A stretch of 55,962 bases of DNA, taken from NCBI GenBank assembly GCA_001275005.1, contig JWZX01002833.1:1-55962 (forward strand), read 5' to 3'. Below, piece by piece: positions 42,057 through 51,121 of the stretch; within the stretch, counting starts at the first letter, position 1; the number at the start of each line of letters is the position of its first letter. Source of the stretch: Chrysochromulina tobinii. Taxonomy: Eukaryota. The notes beneath the pieces were generated by a model. It made no database searches. It had not been told where the DNA came from and was given only the letters and a program-made list of their open reading frames with translations. The position numbers and the translations under genes were made by a program.

Positions 42057-45014
42057 TCATCTTTTCTTCCCATACAGGCGGTCCGCGTGTTCCTTCGACA
42101 TGTTGACTTCGTCCCCTTGCCCCGTGTTCGCCTCGCAGCAGATCAGGACGGTGTTTGTCTTCAAGTACTCCTTGCTCTTGCGGTCCAGGCGTTCGAGGGA
42201 CACCTGGAACTTGCCTCGCGCATGGCCGTCGAAGGCCATTTGCACGCCCGTGTACTCGCACGCGCCCTCTTGAGCCACGTACCGCTCGAGCACCCATTCG
42301 ACGGTCAGCTCGCTGGGTCTCCGTTGCTTGGCCGCCAAGACTAGGTGGTTCAGCCAGGTAAGCAGCGCGGGGGTCCCTCTGGCCTCCGCGACGGCCGCGG
42401 CCGCCGCGTTGACGCGCTCCGCGCGCGTCTCCGTCCAGCGCGCGCGCGCCTCGACGATCTTCTCGACCTTATCCTGGTCGAGGCCCACGCTACAGTTCCA
42501 GATGAGCGGCACCACGGTGAACGTGCCTACGTCATACGCGCGCGTCGTCCGGGTGGCCAAGTTCAGGTCGATCGAGTAGGAGTACGGCTTGTTCCAGAAC
42601 TTGCCGTCTGGAACGTCGAGGTCGAGCTCTAGGGGCGGCAGCGGCTCCGGCGGGCCCACCGCGGCCGGCCACGTTTTGGCAGCCAGGCGGCGCTCGAGCT
42701 CGCCGCCGCGCCAGGGCGCGCAGCCAGCCTGGTCGCGCACCGCCGCCGCGACGGTGGCCACGCCTCGCCCGCGTTCGTCTTCGTCCTCCTGCGAAGCGGC
42801 TCTCCGCACACAACAACGTGGCGGTGGCAGACGGCCACCCCAGCCCAGCCAATTCCGGCCCAGGTTTGCCTTGATGGCATGGCGCCCGCAGGATTTGAGC
42901 TTCTGCACGAGCGCGGCTCGGCATCGGTGCTTTGGATCGAGGAGCACGGCGTCCAGCCACTCGGCAGCGGGCGCTGGCAGCTGGGCACGGTCGTACGGCA
43001 CGACGGGCAGGCCGCCCTCGAAGCCCGAGTGACTGCGCGTGAGCGTGGCCGCTCGCTCCGCTCCCACGTGCCTCGCGTAGCATAAGGCCGCCTCCTCTGG
43101 CGTTGAGAATGTGCCGAGGTGGATTGTTGTGCGGCCGCCAAACTGATAATGTACATGGTAGTCTCCCCGCAACTTGGTCACCCCCCTGAAGCCCGTCGAG
43201 TTCCTCGAGGAGGGCACCAGCTCGAGCCTCTCGGCAGCGGCGTCCGCCCGGGCCTTGGCAGCGGCGGCCGCCCGGGCCTCGTCCGCCGGCGCGGCGGCCG
43301 GCTCCTCGGACGCGGCAGCCGCATGGGCCTCCACGGTCGCTGCGGGCTCCTCGGCCACCACCGGCGGCGCCGCGCTCCCGCTCAGCCACGTGGCCAATGG
43401 CGCCCAGTCCCATTCGGGGTCGGCGGCGGCGAGGCGGCCGGCGAGGGCGGCGTCGTCGGCCTCGAAACATGCCTCGGATGCGCCGCTGTCGCAGCCGCCA
43501 GCAAATTGGGGGGCTGCGGGCGCGAGGGCCGGGGCGAGCCGCGCCTCGTACTCCTCAACAATGTTGACAGTGTTGAGCACGCCGTCCATAAATACGCGCG
43601 CCCTTGTTGGGTCGTCGGACTCGTACACCCGTCCCCTCTGCCAGGGGCCGTTTTGCCCTTGGCGCAGCTCGACACATGCCCCGACGGCAAAGGCGTGGCC
43701 ATTTTGGGCGCGGGGCCCGAGCGCTTCGCTGATCCATGCGACCACCCGACGCTGAGCCGCGGCAGCGGCCGGCCGCCGCTCGCGGTCCACCATCAGCGGC
43801 GCCGCCTCGTCCGAGGCACGGGCGGCCTTCTTGGCGGAGCGCTCACCACCGACTGGGCACTTTGGATTCTGGCAGCGGTCGGCTCCAGTTGAGAGCAAGG
43901 TTCGCATCCTCCATTGGCATGCTGGGCACCTGTTCTGCGATGGCTCATCGGATCTCCGCTGCTTCCGCTTCGGCACACGGGTCATCGCAGCGCTCGCGCC
44001 GTAATCGAGGCCGGCGTCGTGCGCGCCAGGAGCGGTGGCGGGACGCGGCGGAGGCTGCCTCTCCGAGGGAACCAGCGGGTCGGTAGAGGTCCCGCGTCCG
44101 ATGTTTGCCGCGCATGCGATGAGCAATTCTTCCTGTTCCCGCACGTCGTGCTCGTGATCGCCTTCCAGCCGAGTGCTCACGTAATGGACCTCGGCGAGGT
44201 GGCCCACGTGGAGAGCACACGTCGTGCGCATCTCGACCTCCCACAGATCGGGCGGCTTGATCACGCGGCAGCCAGTCGCGGAAGACGACGAGATCACGCA
44301 GATCTCGACCTGAAAGAGCACCGACAGGGCGAGCAGGGTCGCCTCATCCCCCCACGTCCCCCGCCGCCTCATGTCGGCGAGGTACGCAGGCCAATCGCCA
44401 ACCCCCAACGAATCCTTGAGCATGAAGCGCTTGCCCACCGTGCCATCGTCCATCCATCGAGTGCCATTCGTCTCGAGCCAGTGCACCGCACCAAGACGAA
44501 GCTCGAGAGCATCCCAGTCGCCAAGGCCCACGAGCTTGAGCTGGTCGGCGATCGCGTGAAACTGGCAGTCGCCGTCCTTGGGCACGTCCTTGATCGTCAA
44601 GCCGCGCGCAGCTAGATGCCGTGCGAGGACAGCGCGTGCAACGAGGATGCGTGAGTCCTCTGGCAGGTGCTCCTCGGCTGCCTCGCTGTCCATAGCTGCG
44701 CCACGGATGTGAAGCAGAGAGGCTAGAATGGCTGCGTCGAGGTCACGCTGCTCTTCTGCGTCCTCTGGCAGGTGCTCCTCGGCTTCCTCGTCGGCGGCGT
44801 CGACGCTGTCGTTGAGCAGCGCCTGCAGGAGCTCAGCCGACGGCTCGGCCTCCTCGAGCCCACGCGTCGGCGGCTCGTCGATGAGCGGCCCGTTCTGGGC
44901 GCGGGCGCCGTGCGCGGCGAGGCGAGAGGCTAGAATCGCTGCGTCGAGGTCACTCTGCTCTTCTGCGTCGCCAGCGACGGGAGGGTCTGAGGCATCCATT
45001 GTTGAGGCATCCAT
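42057..45014 (-). CDS. Multidomain protein: 2x UIM - OTU deubiquitinase - Zn ribbon - Tudor-like - AP2 DNA-binding - HNH-like endonuclease (985 aa)
   Basis: EEQSDLDAAILAS and EEQRDLDAAILAS; VPKDGDCQFHAIADQL...WGDEATL...EVHYVS; CPAC...CQNPKC; FAVGACVE...W.RGRV; NSTGFRGV...HLGTFSTPEEAALCY; QEGACEYTGVQM...SLERLD...Y...NTVLICCEAN. Confidence 0.78.
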   Translation of the reverse strand: MDASTMDASDPPVAGDAEEQSDLDAAILASRLAAHGARAQNGPLIDEPPTRGLEEAEPSAELLQALLNDSVDAADEEAEEHLPEDAEEQRDLDAAILASLLHIRGAAMDSEAAEEHLPEDSRILVARAVLARHLAARGLTIKDVPKDGDCQFHAIADQLKLVGLGDWDALELRLGAVHWLETNGTRWMDDGTVGKRFMLKDSLGVGDWPAYLADMRRRGTWGDEATLLALSVLFQVEICVISSSSATGCRVIKPPDLWEVEMRTTCALHVGHLAEVHYVSTRLEGDHEHDVREQEELLIACAANIGRGTSTDPLVPSERQPPPRPATAPGAHDAGLDYGASAAMTRVPKRKQRRSDEPSQNRCPACQWRMRTLLSTGADRCQNPKCPVGGERSAKKAARASDEAAPLMVDRERRPAAAAAQRRVVAWISEALGPRAQNGHAFAVGACVELRQGQNGPWQRGRVYESDDPTRARVFMDGVLNTVNIVEEYEARLAPALAPAAPQFAGGCDSGASEACFEADDAALAGRLAAADPEWDWAPLATWLSGSAAPPVVAEEPAATVEAHAAAASEEPAAAPADEARAAAAAKARADAAAERLELVPSSRNSTGFRGVTKLRGDYHVHYQFGGRTTIHLGTFSTPEEAALCYARHVGAERAATLTRSHSGFEGGLPVVPYDRAQLPAPAAEWLDAVLLDPKHRCRAALVQKLKSCGRHAIKANLGRNWLGWGGRLPPPRCCVRRAASQEDEDERGRGVATVAAAVRDQAGCAPWRGGELERRLAAKTWPAAVGPPEPLPPLELDLDVPDGKFWNKPYSYSIDLNLATRTTRAYDVGTFTVVPLIWNCSVGLDQDKVEKIVEARARWTETRAERVNAAAAAVAEARGTPALLTWLNHLVLAAKQRRPSELTVEWVLERYVAQEGACEYTGVQMAFDGHARGKFQVSLERLDRKSKEYLKTNTVLICCEANTGQGDEVNMSKEHADRLYGKKR

Positions 45015-45191
45015 TGTCTTCGTCCAATCGCTGACACTTTGACGTCTGACTCGATGCGCGCAAAAGTTGATCCCGAAAAAGAAGCCACGACAAGTAAAAG
45101 TCGAAACTTGAAAAGCCACTAAAACTGAACAGCCAAGACAAGTCAAGTTGACACTTGACACGCACAAATAGCAAACCAACGAGTCTCTTAA

Positions 45192-46054
45192 ACAGCTCAA
45201 AATCAGCGCGGGGGAGTCGCTGAGGCGGCCTCAACAACTCAAAATCTGCGCGGGGGAGTCGCTGAGGCGACCTCAACCACTCAAAAATCAGCGCGGGGGA
45301 GTCGCTGAGGCGGCCTCAACAACTCAAAACAGCTCAAAATCAGCGCGGAGGCGTCGTTGAGGCGGCCTCAACAACTCAAAATCAGCGCCGGGGAGTCGTT
45401 GAGGCGGCCTCAACAACTACTCAACAACTCAAAATCAGCGCCGGGGAGTCGCTGAGGCGGCCTCAACAACTCAAAATTAGCACCGGGGAGTCGCTGAGGC
45501 GACCTCAAAATCAGCGCCGGGGAGTCGCTGAGGCGGCCTCAACAACTCAAAATTAGCACCGGGGAGTCGCTGAGGTGACCTCAACAACTCAAAATCAGCG
45601 CGGGGGAGTCGTTGAGGTGACCTCAACAACTCAAAATCAGCGCGGGGGAGTCGCTGAGGCGGCCTCAACCACTCAAAATCAGCGCCGGGGAGTCGTTGAG
45701 GCGGCCTCAACAACTCAAAATCAGCGCGGGGGGGTTGTTGAGGCGGCCTCAACCACTCAAAACAGCTCAAAATCAGCGCGGGGGAGTCGCTGAGGCGGCC
45801 TCAACCACTCAAAATTAGCACCGGGGAGTCGCTGAGGTGACCTCAACAACTCAAAATCAGCGCGGGGGAGTCGCTGAGGCGGCCTCAACCACTCAAAATC
45901 ATTGCAGTGGGAGTCGTTGAGGCGGCCTCAACAACTCAAAATAGCTCAAAAGCAGCGCGGGAACGCGGGGGGGGTTGTTGAGGCGGCCTCAACCACTCAA
46001 AATCAGCGCGGGGGAGTCGTTGAGGCGGCCTCAACAACTCAAAACAGCTCAAAA
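45192..46054. repeat. Array of 42-bp hairpin repeats (ctcaaaatcagcgcgggggagtcgytgaggcggcctcaacaa), about 19 units
   Basis: Counted directly. Each unit contains an imperfect 12-bp inverted repeat with a 3-nt loop. Confidence 0.95.
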
Positions 46055-46225
46055 GCAGTTATCAGCTGCGACGTCAGGAGCGAGGACGCCGTACTCGAGG
46101 CCGCCGTCGTGCGCGCCAGGGGCGGTGGGCAGCACCGGCTTCGCCGGGGCTTTGCTCACCTTGTCCGCATCCTCTACCGTTTCGATGGCAGCGTCGGTGG
46201 CAGCGTCGTTGAGGCGCGCGGCCAT
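46049..46225 (-). CDS. 58-aa ORF or gene fragment sharing the TAPGAHD.GL.YG module with the OTU-HNH protein
   Basis: MAARLNDAATDAAIETVEDADKVSKAPAKPVLPTAPGAHDGGLEYGVLAPDVAADNCF*. The stop codon lies at the array edge. Confidence 0.35.
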   Translation of the reverse strand: MAARLNDAATDAAIETVEDADKVSKAPAKPVLPTAPGAHDGGLEYGVLAPDVAADNCF

Positions 46226-46297
46226 CTCGGTGATTGCTAAGCAATCACCGTAACCTTTACCCGCTTAACGCTTCCCAGAGTTCACTGTGTCCTGTTT

Positions 46298-46447
46298 CAC
46301 TGTTAACAAGTAAGCCCAAAGAAAGTCACTGTTAACAAGTAAACCCAAAGAAAGTCACTGTTAACAAGTAAGCCCAAAGAAAGTTTCACTGTTAACAAGA
46401 AAGCCCAAAGAAAGTCACTGTTAACAAGTAAGCCCAAAGAAAGTCAC
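46298..46447. repeat. 29-bp tandem repeat (cactgttaacaagtaagcccaaagaaagt) x5 with TGTTAACA palindrome core
   Basis: Directly visible. AT-rich, and ends about 10 bp before the ATG at 46458. Confidence 0.92.
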
Positions 46448-46457
46448 GCGACAGAAA

Positions 46458-47702
46458 ATGCTCGGGCGCGACGCCGCCGCCCTTGCCGGCCGCCTCGCGG
46501 CCGGCGACCCTGCGTTTGACTGGCAGCCTTTGGCCACGTTCATGGCGGCGGCGAGCGCGCCGGACGAGACGAGAGAGGCCGCCGCAACGCACGAGGCCAG
46601 GGCGTTTGCCGTGTCCGAGGAGCAGGAGGAGGAGGAGGCCAGGGCGGCCGCGGCGCCGCCTGCGGTGCGCAGCCAGGACGGAGCCCCTGGTAGCAGCACA
46701 GCGAGGCCCATCGAGCTCCATGACGGCGAAGAGGACGCGACGCCCGGGGGCACCGCGCCGCTGCCACCCGCCCCGCCGGTGGCGGGCCATCAGGGGCAGC
46801 CGTCGAGCTCGGCACCGCTGCGCCGCGATCCGGCTGCGGTTCCCGCGGCCAGGCCGGGCACGCGCCCGCCCAGCAGGCTCGACGAGGCGGCGTGGGGCGC
46901 CTACGTCTACAAGAACAACAAGACCGAGACGTGGCGCGCCACGTGGGGCTTCAGCGGCGACACCAAAAAGTACGACTTGAAGGTGAAGAAGGACGAGACG
47001 ATCCTCGCTGCGAAACGTTTGCCCTCGAAGGAGGCGGCGGCGATGATTCGGTTCGAGACTCTCCTCACCTTCGGCGAGCAGGACCGCATCCCGTGGGACC
47101 TGCGCGAGTTCTACAAGAAGCGCAAGGCCCTCGACTCGATCGCGGAGCGGGCGCTGCTGGCTGAGGTGCGGGCCGTCGTGGCGCCCCGTCACGGCGTCCC
47201 GGACCCGTTCGGCGAGTGGGAGATGGTCCAACGGCTCGCCAAGCGGCCGTGCCAGGAGCTCGCCCAGCTCGTGGTGCTCGCGGCGAAGTTGGCGCCCGCG
47301 ATCGAGTCGCAGGAAGGCGGCCAACCGGCGCCGCAGGGGGATCACGGGCAGGGTGCGACGCAAGCGATGACCGCGGCCACCGCGGCCAGCACGCAGCCGG
47401 CCGTCCTCAGCACGCAGGAGGTGGCGCAGCTCGCGCAGCAGCCGGAGTGGGTGGACGAGTGCGCGCGCTACGGCGAGTGCGAGGAAGATGAGGAGGAGGA
47501 TGGCGAGGAGGAAGGAGAGGAGGAGGAGGAGGAGGAGGTCGAGGAAGGGGAAGAAGGGGAGGGGGACTCGGAGCTGGCGGCGGCGGTGGTGGGGGGTGGA
47601 TCCACCGCGGCGGCCTCGACCAGAGAGGGGGCAAGCCTCAACTTCCTCAGCACCGACGACGACCTCCTGCCCCACGTGGCGACGCCGGTCGACGACGCCT
47701 GA
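46458..47702 (+). CDS. Orphan protein with possible divergent AP2-like segment and acidic tail
   Basis: Intact 414-aa ORF. Its N-terminus matches a segment of the OTU-HNH protein. TWRATWG...LPSKEAAAMIR loosely resembles AP2; poly-E tail. Confidence 0.55.
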   Translation: MLGRDAAALAGRLAAGDPAFDWQPLATFMAAASAPDETREAAATHEARAFAVSEEQEEEEARAAAAPPAVRSQDGAPGSSTARPIELHDGEEDATPGGTAPLPPAPPVAGHQGQPSSSAPLRRDPAAVPAARPGTRPPSRLDEAAWGAYVYKNNKTETWRATWGFSGDTKKYDLKVKKDETILAAKRLPSKEAAAMIRFETLLTFGEQDRIPWDLREFYKKRKALDSIAERALLAEVRAVVAPRHGVPDPFGEWEMVQRLAKRPCQELAQLVVLAAKLAPAIESQEGGQPAPQGDHGQGATQAMTAATAASTQPAVLSTQEVAQLAQQPEWVDECARYGECEEDEEEDGEEEGEEEEEEEVEEGEEGEGDSELAAAVVGGGSTAAASTREGASLNFLSTDDDLLPHVATPVDDA

Positions 47703-47876
47703 TGATGGTGTTTTTTTAGTCGCCCGGTGACGGTGGCTTCTGCGCGGGTCGCGCCCGTGTCTTCCCGAGAGTGTGGGGCGCGGCGGTCTCGTAACGGGCG
47801 GCGCACGTGTGGCCAGGGTTTTGGTTCTACCATCTATTACAGCAGGCATTCAGAGCGTGAATGCGAACACCGCACG

Positions 47877-49088
47877 TCAGTGCATGTAGTAAACGTACCG
47901 CCAGAACGGATCGTGCCCCGCGGGTGGCACGGGAAGCGGCCCCGCGAGTAGCCCGGCGAGTGCAGCGGCCTGGGCCGGTGGCAGGTTGGCCAAACCCCCC
48001 GCCGGCGGAGGAGGAGCGTTCCGAAGCCGGAGCACGTGGAGCAGGGCGTCGTGGAAGGGGCTCAGAGCAGGCGCCGGCTGGGCGCCCGCGTGCGCCGGGT
48101 GCGCCATCCCCACCGGCGCGAAGATGCGCATGTGCACGTGCGACTGATAGGCGTTCTCCTCGCAAAAGTGGCCCGGGTCGTACTCGACCGTGTACCTCAG
48201 CGCATTGGCGGCGCCCGCGGCGCACAACAAGGGCGGGAAGCCCTGGGCGCCCACAAAGTTTCGGAGCAGCCCCAGCACCATGCCGGGGGCGCGGTACGCG
48301 TCCGTGCCCACGGCGGGGTAGCCGGCGAGCGTATCCAGCGGGCACTTGCCATTGGAATCCCAGCAGCCATTCCCCGTTTCGGCCACGTTGATGTGGCCGA
48401 CATCCACCCACCCCGAGCCCCCCGAGGCGTGCGTCTGCTGCTGCTGCACGACGCACCGGTGCTGCCACGGGAGCGCGCCCGGCGCAAGTGGCCCCGCCGC
48501 TGCTCCCAATCCTGCCACAGCCGCCGCTGCCGCCGCCATCGCGGCGTGCGCGCCATCCAGCGCCGGCGCCCACGCGACGCAACCCTGCCACGCCGCTGGT
48601 TGAGGGTTCTGCAGGAAGGGGTCGAGCACGCGCACCTGCCAGACGAGCCTCGTCGGGAGCCCCGCAAGCGCCGCAGAGGTCATCGGGGCGTTGGGCGGAA
48701 GAGCCGGCGGCGGGTAGTGGTAGAACCGGAGGACCACCGTCGCCACGTGCTCGCGCCCGAGCAGGTTCAGCTGCTTGAGCGGATGCGCGCCGAACGGCAC
48801 GCCGGTCGGCGGCTGCGTGCCGGTGGAGTTTGCGAGGCCGCCCCCGTAGAGCTCGAGCGGGTTGGCCGCCCCCGGAATGGCGAGCGGCGGCGGGAGGCCC
48901 GGCTGGTAGTAGCCCTCCGGGTTGGGGCCGGCTGCCGGTCCAAAGTTTCCTAGCTTTCGCATGCCCCAGATCCCGTATCCCGCTCGCGCGTCAGGCAGGC
49001 CCGCCGGGTGGCCCGGATTGCCCGGGATGGCGGCTAAGGCCGCGGCGTGGGCAGCGGCCGCAGGCATCGGCGCAGGTGGCGCAGCCAT
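47877..49088 (-). CDS. Orphan Pro/Ala/Gly-rich protein (403 aa) with an HUH-like motif
   Basis: Intact ORF with the same upstream leader as the OTU-HNH gene. CEENAYQSHVHMRIF, and C-terminal FWRYVYYMH. Confidence 0.55.
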   Translation of the reverse strand: MAAPPAPMPAAAAHAAALAAIPGNPGHPAGLPDARAGYGIWGMRKLGNFGPAAGPNPEGYYQPGLPPPLAIPGAANPLELYGGGLANSTGTQPPTGVPFGAHPLKQLNLLGREHVATVVLRFYHYPPPALPPNAPMTSAALAGLPTRLVWQVRVLDPFLQNPQPAAWQGCVAWAPALDGAHAAMAAAAAAVAGLGAAAGPLAPGALPWQHRCVVQQQQTHASGGSGWVDVGHINVAETGNGCWDSNGKCPLDTLAGYPAVGTDAYRAPGMVLGLLRNFVGAQGFPPLLCAAGAANALRYTVEYDPGHFCEENAYQSHVHMRIFAPVGMAHPAHAGAQPAPALSPFHDALLHVLRLRNAPPPPAGGLANLPPAQAAALAGLLAGPLPVPPAGHDPFWRYVYYMH

Positions 49089-49539
49089 GGCGATCGTCCA
49101 ATCGCTGACTCTTTGTCGCCTGACCTGGTGCGCGCAAAAAGTTGCTCCGAATGGGGAAAGTTTGTGCTCCAAGGCAACACAAGACAAGACTAGAACAAGA
49201 TGTGAAGGATCCCCCGTCGACTCGGGTTGTGCGTGTGCTGTTTCTGTGTGTGTCTCAGCTGTCCAACACTTTTGTTGAGGGGACAAACGGTGGGTCACGT
49301 ACGCCCCCAGCCCTTTCCATGAATCTATTTGCAAGAGACGTGGAGTGAGGGACGGGGAGCCGCGACGAAACTGAGCTGATCAGAACTAAGTTTCCCCGCT
49401 TCCACAGAGACAAACTTCTCGAGAATCATGGATGCCACTCGAGAGGCTGACTGCATCGCGTCGCTCGTGGCGCGGCTGGGAGCGGGCGCCGACTCGGAGG
49501 CTGCTCGTGACGCTGCGCGCGCCAAGACCCCAAAACGTC

Positions 49540-51010
49540 CCTATGGCTCGGGCGCGACTGGGGCTGGGGCAGAGGCTCGGGGGCTGAGCGGGAGAGGAGG
49601 GGGGTGGCGCGGGCAGCGGCGGCAAGGGCGGCGCCGAGCGCTGCGGCGGCGGCGGCGAGGGCGGCGGCGGCGAGGGCGATGGCGAGGGCGGTGGCGGCGG
49701 GGGGCGGGGGGATGGCGGCGGCAGCGTGGGCGAGGGTGGCGGCGAGGGCCGGGTGGCAAGGGTGGAGGCAGCGGCGCCCTCATGAGCGGCGGTGAAATTG
49801 GCGGCGGTGGCGAGGGCGGAGCGGCGAGCGCGGCGGCTGTCGGGCGGCAGGGGCGGCGGCGCCGGAATCGAGGAAGGGGGCGGATGGGGGCGCGGGCGGC
49901 GGTTGTTGCACGGAGGGCGGGGGCGGCGGCGGCGGCCGCAGCGGCGAGGGAGGCGGTGGCGCCGAGGGCTTTGGCGGCAACGATGGCGGCGTGGGCGGGG
50001 ACCTGTGGCTGGGGGAGGGTGGCGCGGCGGCGCCAGCGGTGGCTGAGGCGGCGGGAGGGACGCGCCTGTTGCTGGCGGGTGTCAGGCGTGGGCGCAGGCG
50101 ATGGCGTCGGGTAGTGGCGGGGACGGTGGTGGGGACGGCGGCGATGGCGCCGGCAAAGGGTGGTGATGACGTTTGGCTTAGCGGTGCTGACGGTGGTCGC
50201 GACGGCGGTGGGGGGCGACAATGTGAGGACGGCGGCGGCGGAGGTGGAGGAGGTGACGCAACTCGGCGGTGGCGAGGGCGGAGACCGACACGCCGATGCC
50301 GATGCCGGTGGTGTTTGTGGTTGTGGAGACGGTGGTGGTGACGGCAGCGGGGACGGCGGGTGAGGCGATGCACGGAGGCGGCTACGGCGGAGGCGAAGGG
50401 CGGAAGCTTTCAAGGCGATGGCGATGGCGGTGATCGTGGCGCTGATTGGAGCGGGCGGTGGGGATGTCGGCGGACACGAAGGCGGAAGCAATGGCGGCTA
50501 AGGCGGGGGCGGCGAAGGCGGTGGCGGTGGCGGTGGCGTTGGTTGTGGCCTTGGTGGTGGCGGCTGCGATGATGGGGATGGATGGGGTGGTGATGGCGGA
50601 GGCGACAGAGGTGCAGGCCATGCGAAGCGGCTTTCAAAGCGGATGGCGATGGTGATGGTGACGGCCGTGGAGATGGCAATGTGGAAGGGGCGGCCTTGGG
50701 CGCGATGGCGGAGGCGGAGGCGGCGGTAAGAGGGACCCAATTTATGAACTCAGCAGCGTAGGCGATGGCGATCTCAGCGGTGGCGGTCTCGGCGACTGCG
50801 ATCGCAGCGGAGGCATCTTGGGGTGGTGGCGGAGGCGCCAGTGTCAGTGGAGCTGGCAAATGGTCGCTGCACCAACTTGTGAAGATGCGAGCGTCGTGGG
50901 GTTGGAGTCGGTGACGAAGGGACCGGCCATCAAAGATCCCGTCGCTGTTAAGAGAAGGAGCGTTAGTGTGAAGCGCCGCACAGGAACATCCCCCGAAGGC
51001 AACTTCGCGA
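49540..51010 (-). pseudogene. Degenerate Pro/Ser-rich (SPPPP) extensin-like sequence broken across frames
   Basis: Poly-Pro tracts alternate between minus-strand frames, with stops. A signal-like RRFTLTLLLLTATG segment lies upstream. Confidence 0.4.
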
Positions 51011-51121
51011 GCCATGAACGTTCCATCGAGTCTCGCCCTTGTCAAAGTTTGTTTCCTTTTCTGTCACTCATACTTGCTCGTTGGACGCGAGCGGAGTGGC
51101 CTGGCTCTCGATCTTTGGCGC

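Noticed and set aside
45192..46054. CRISPR or TIGR-like guide array
   Set aside because: The units are contiguous and near-identical with no unique spacers, and there are no cas-like genes.
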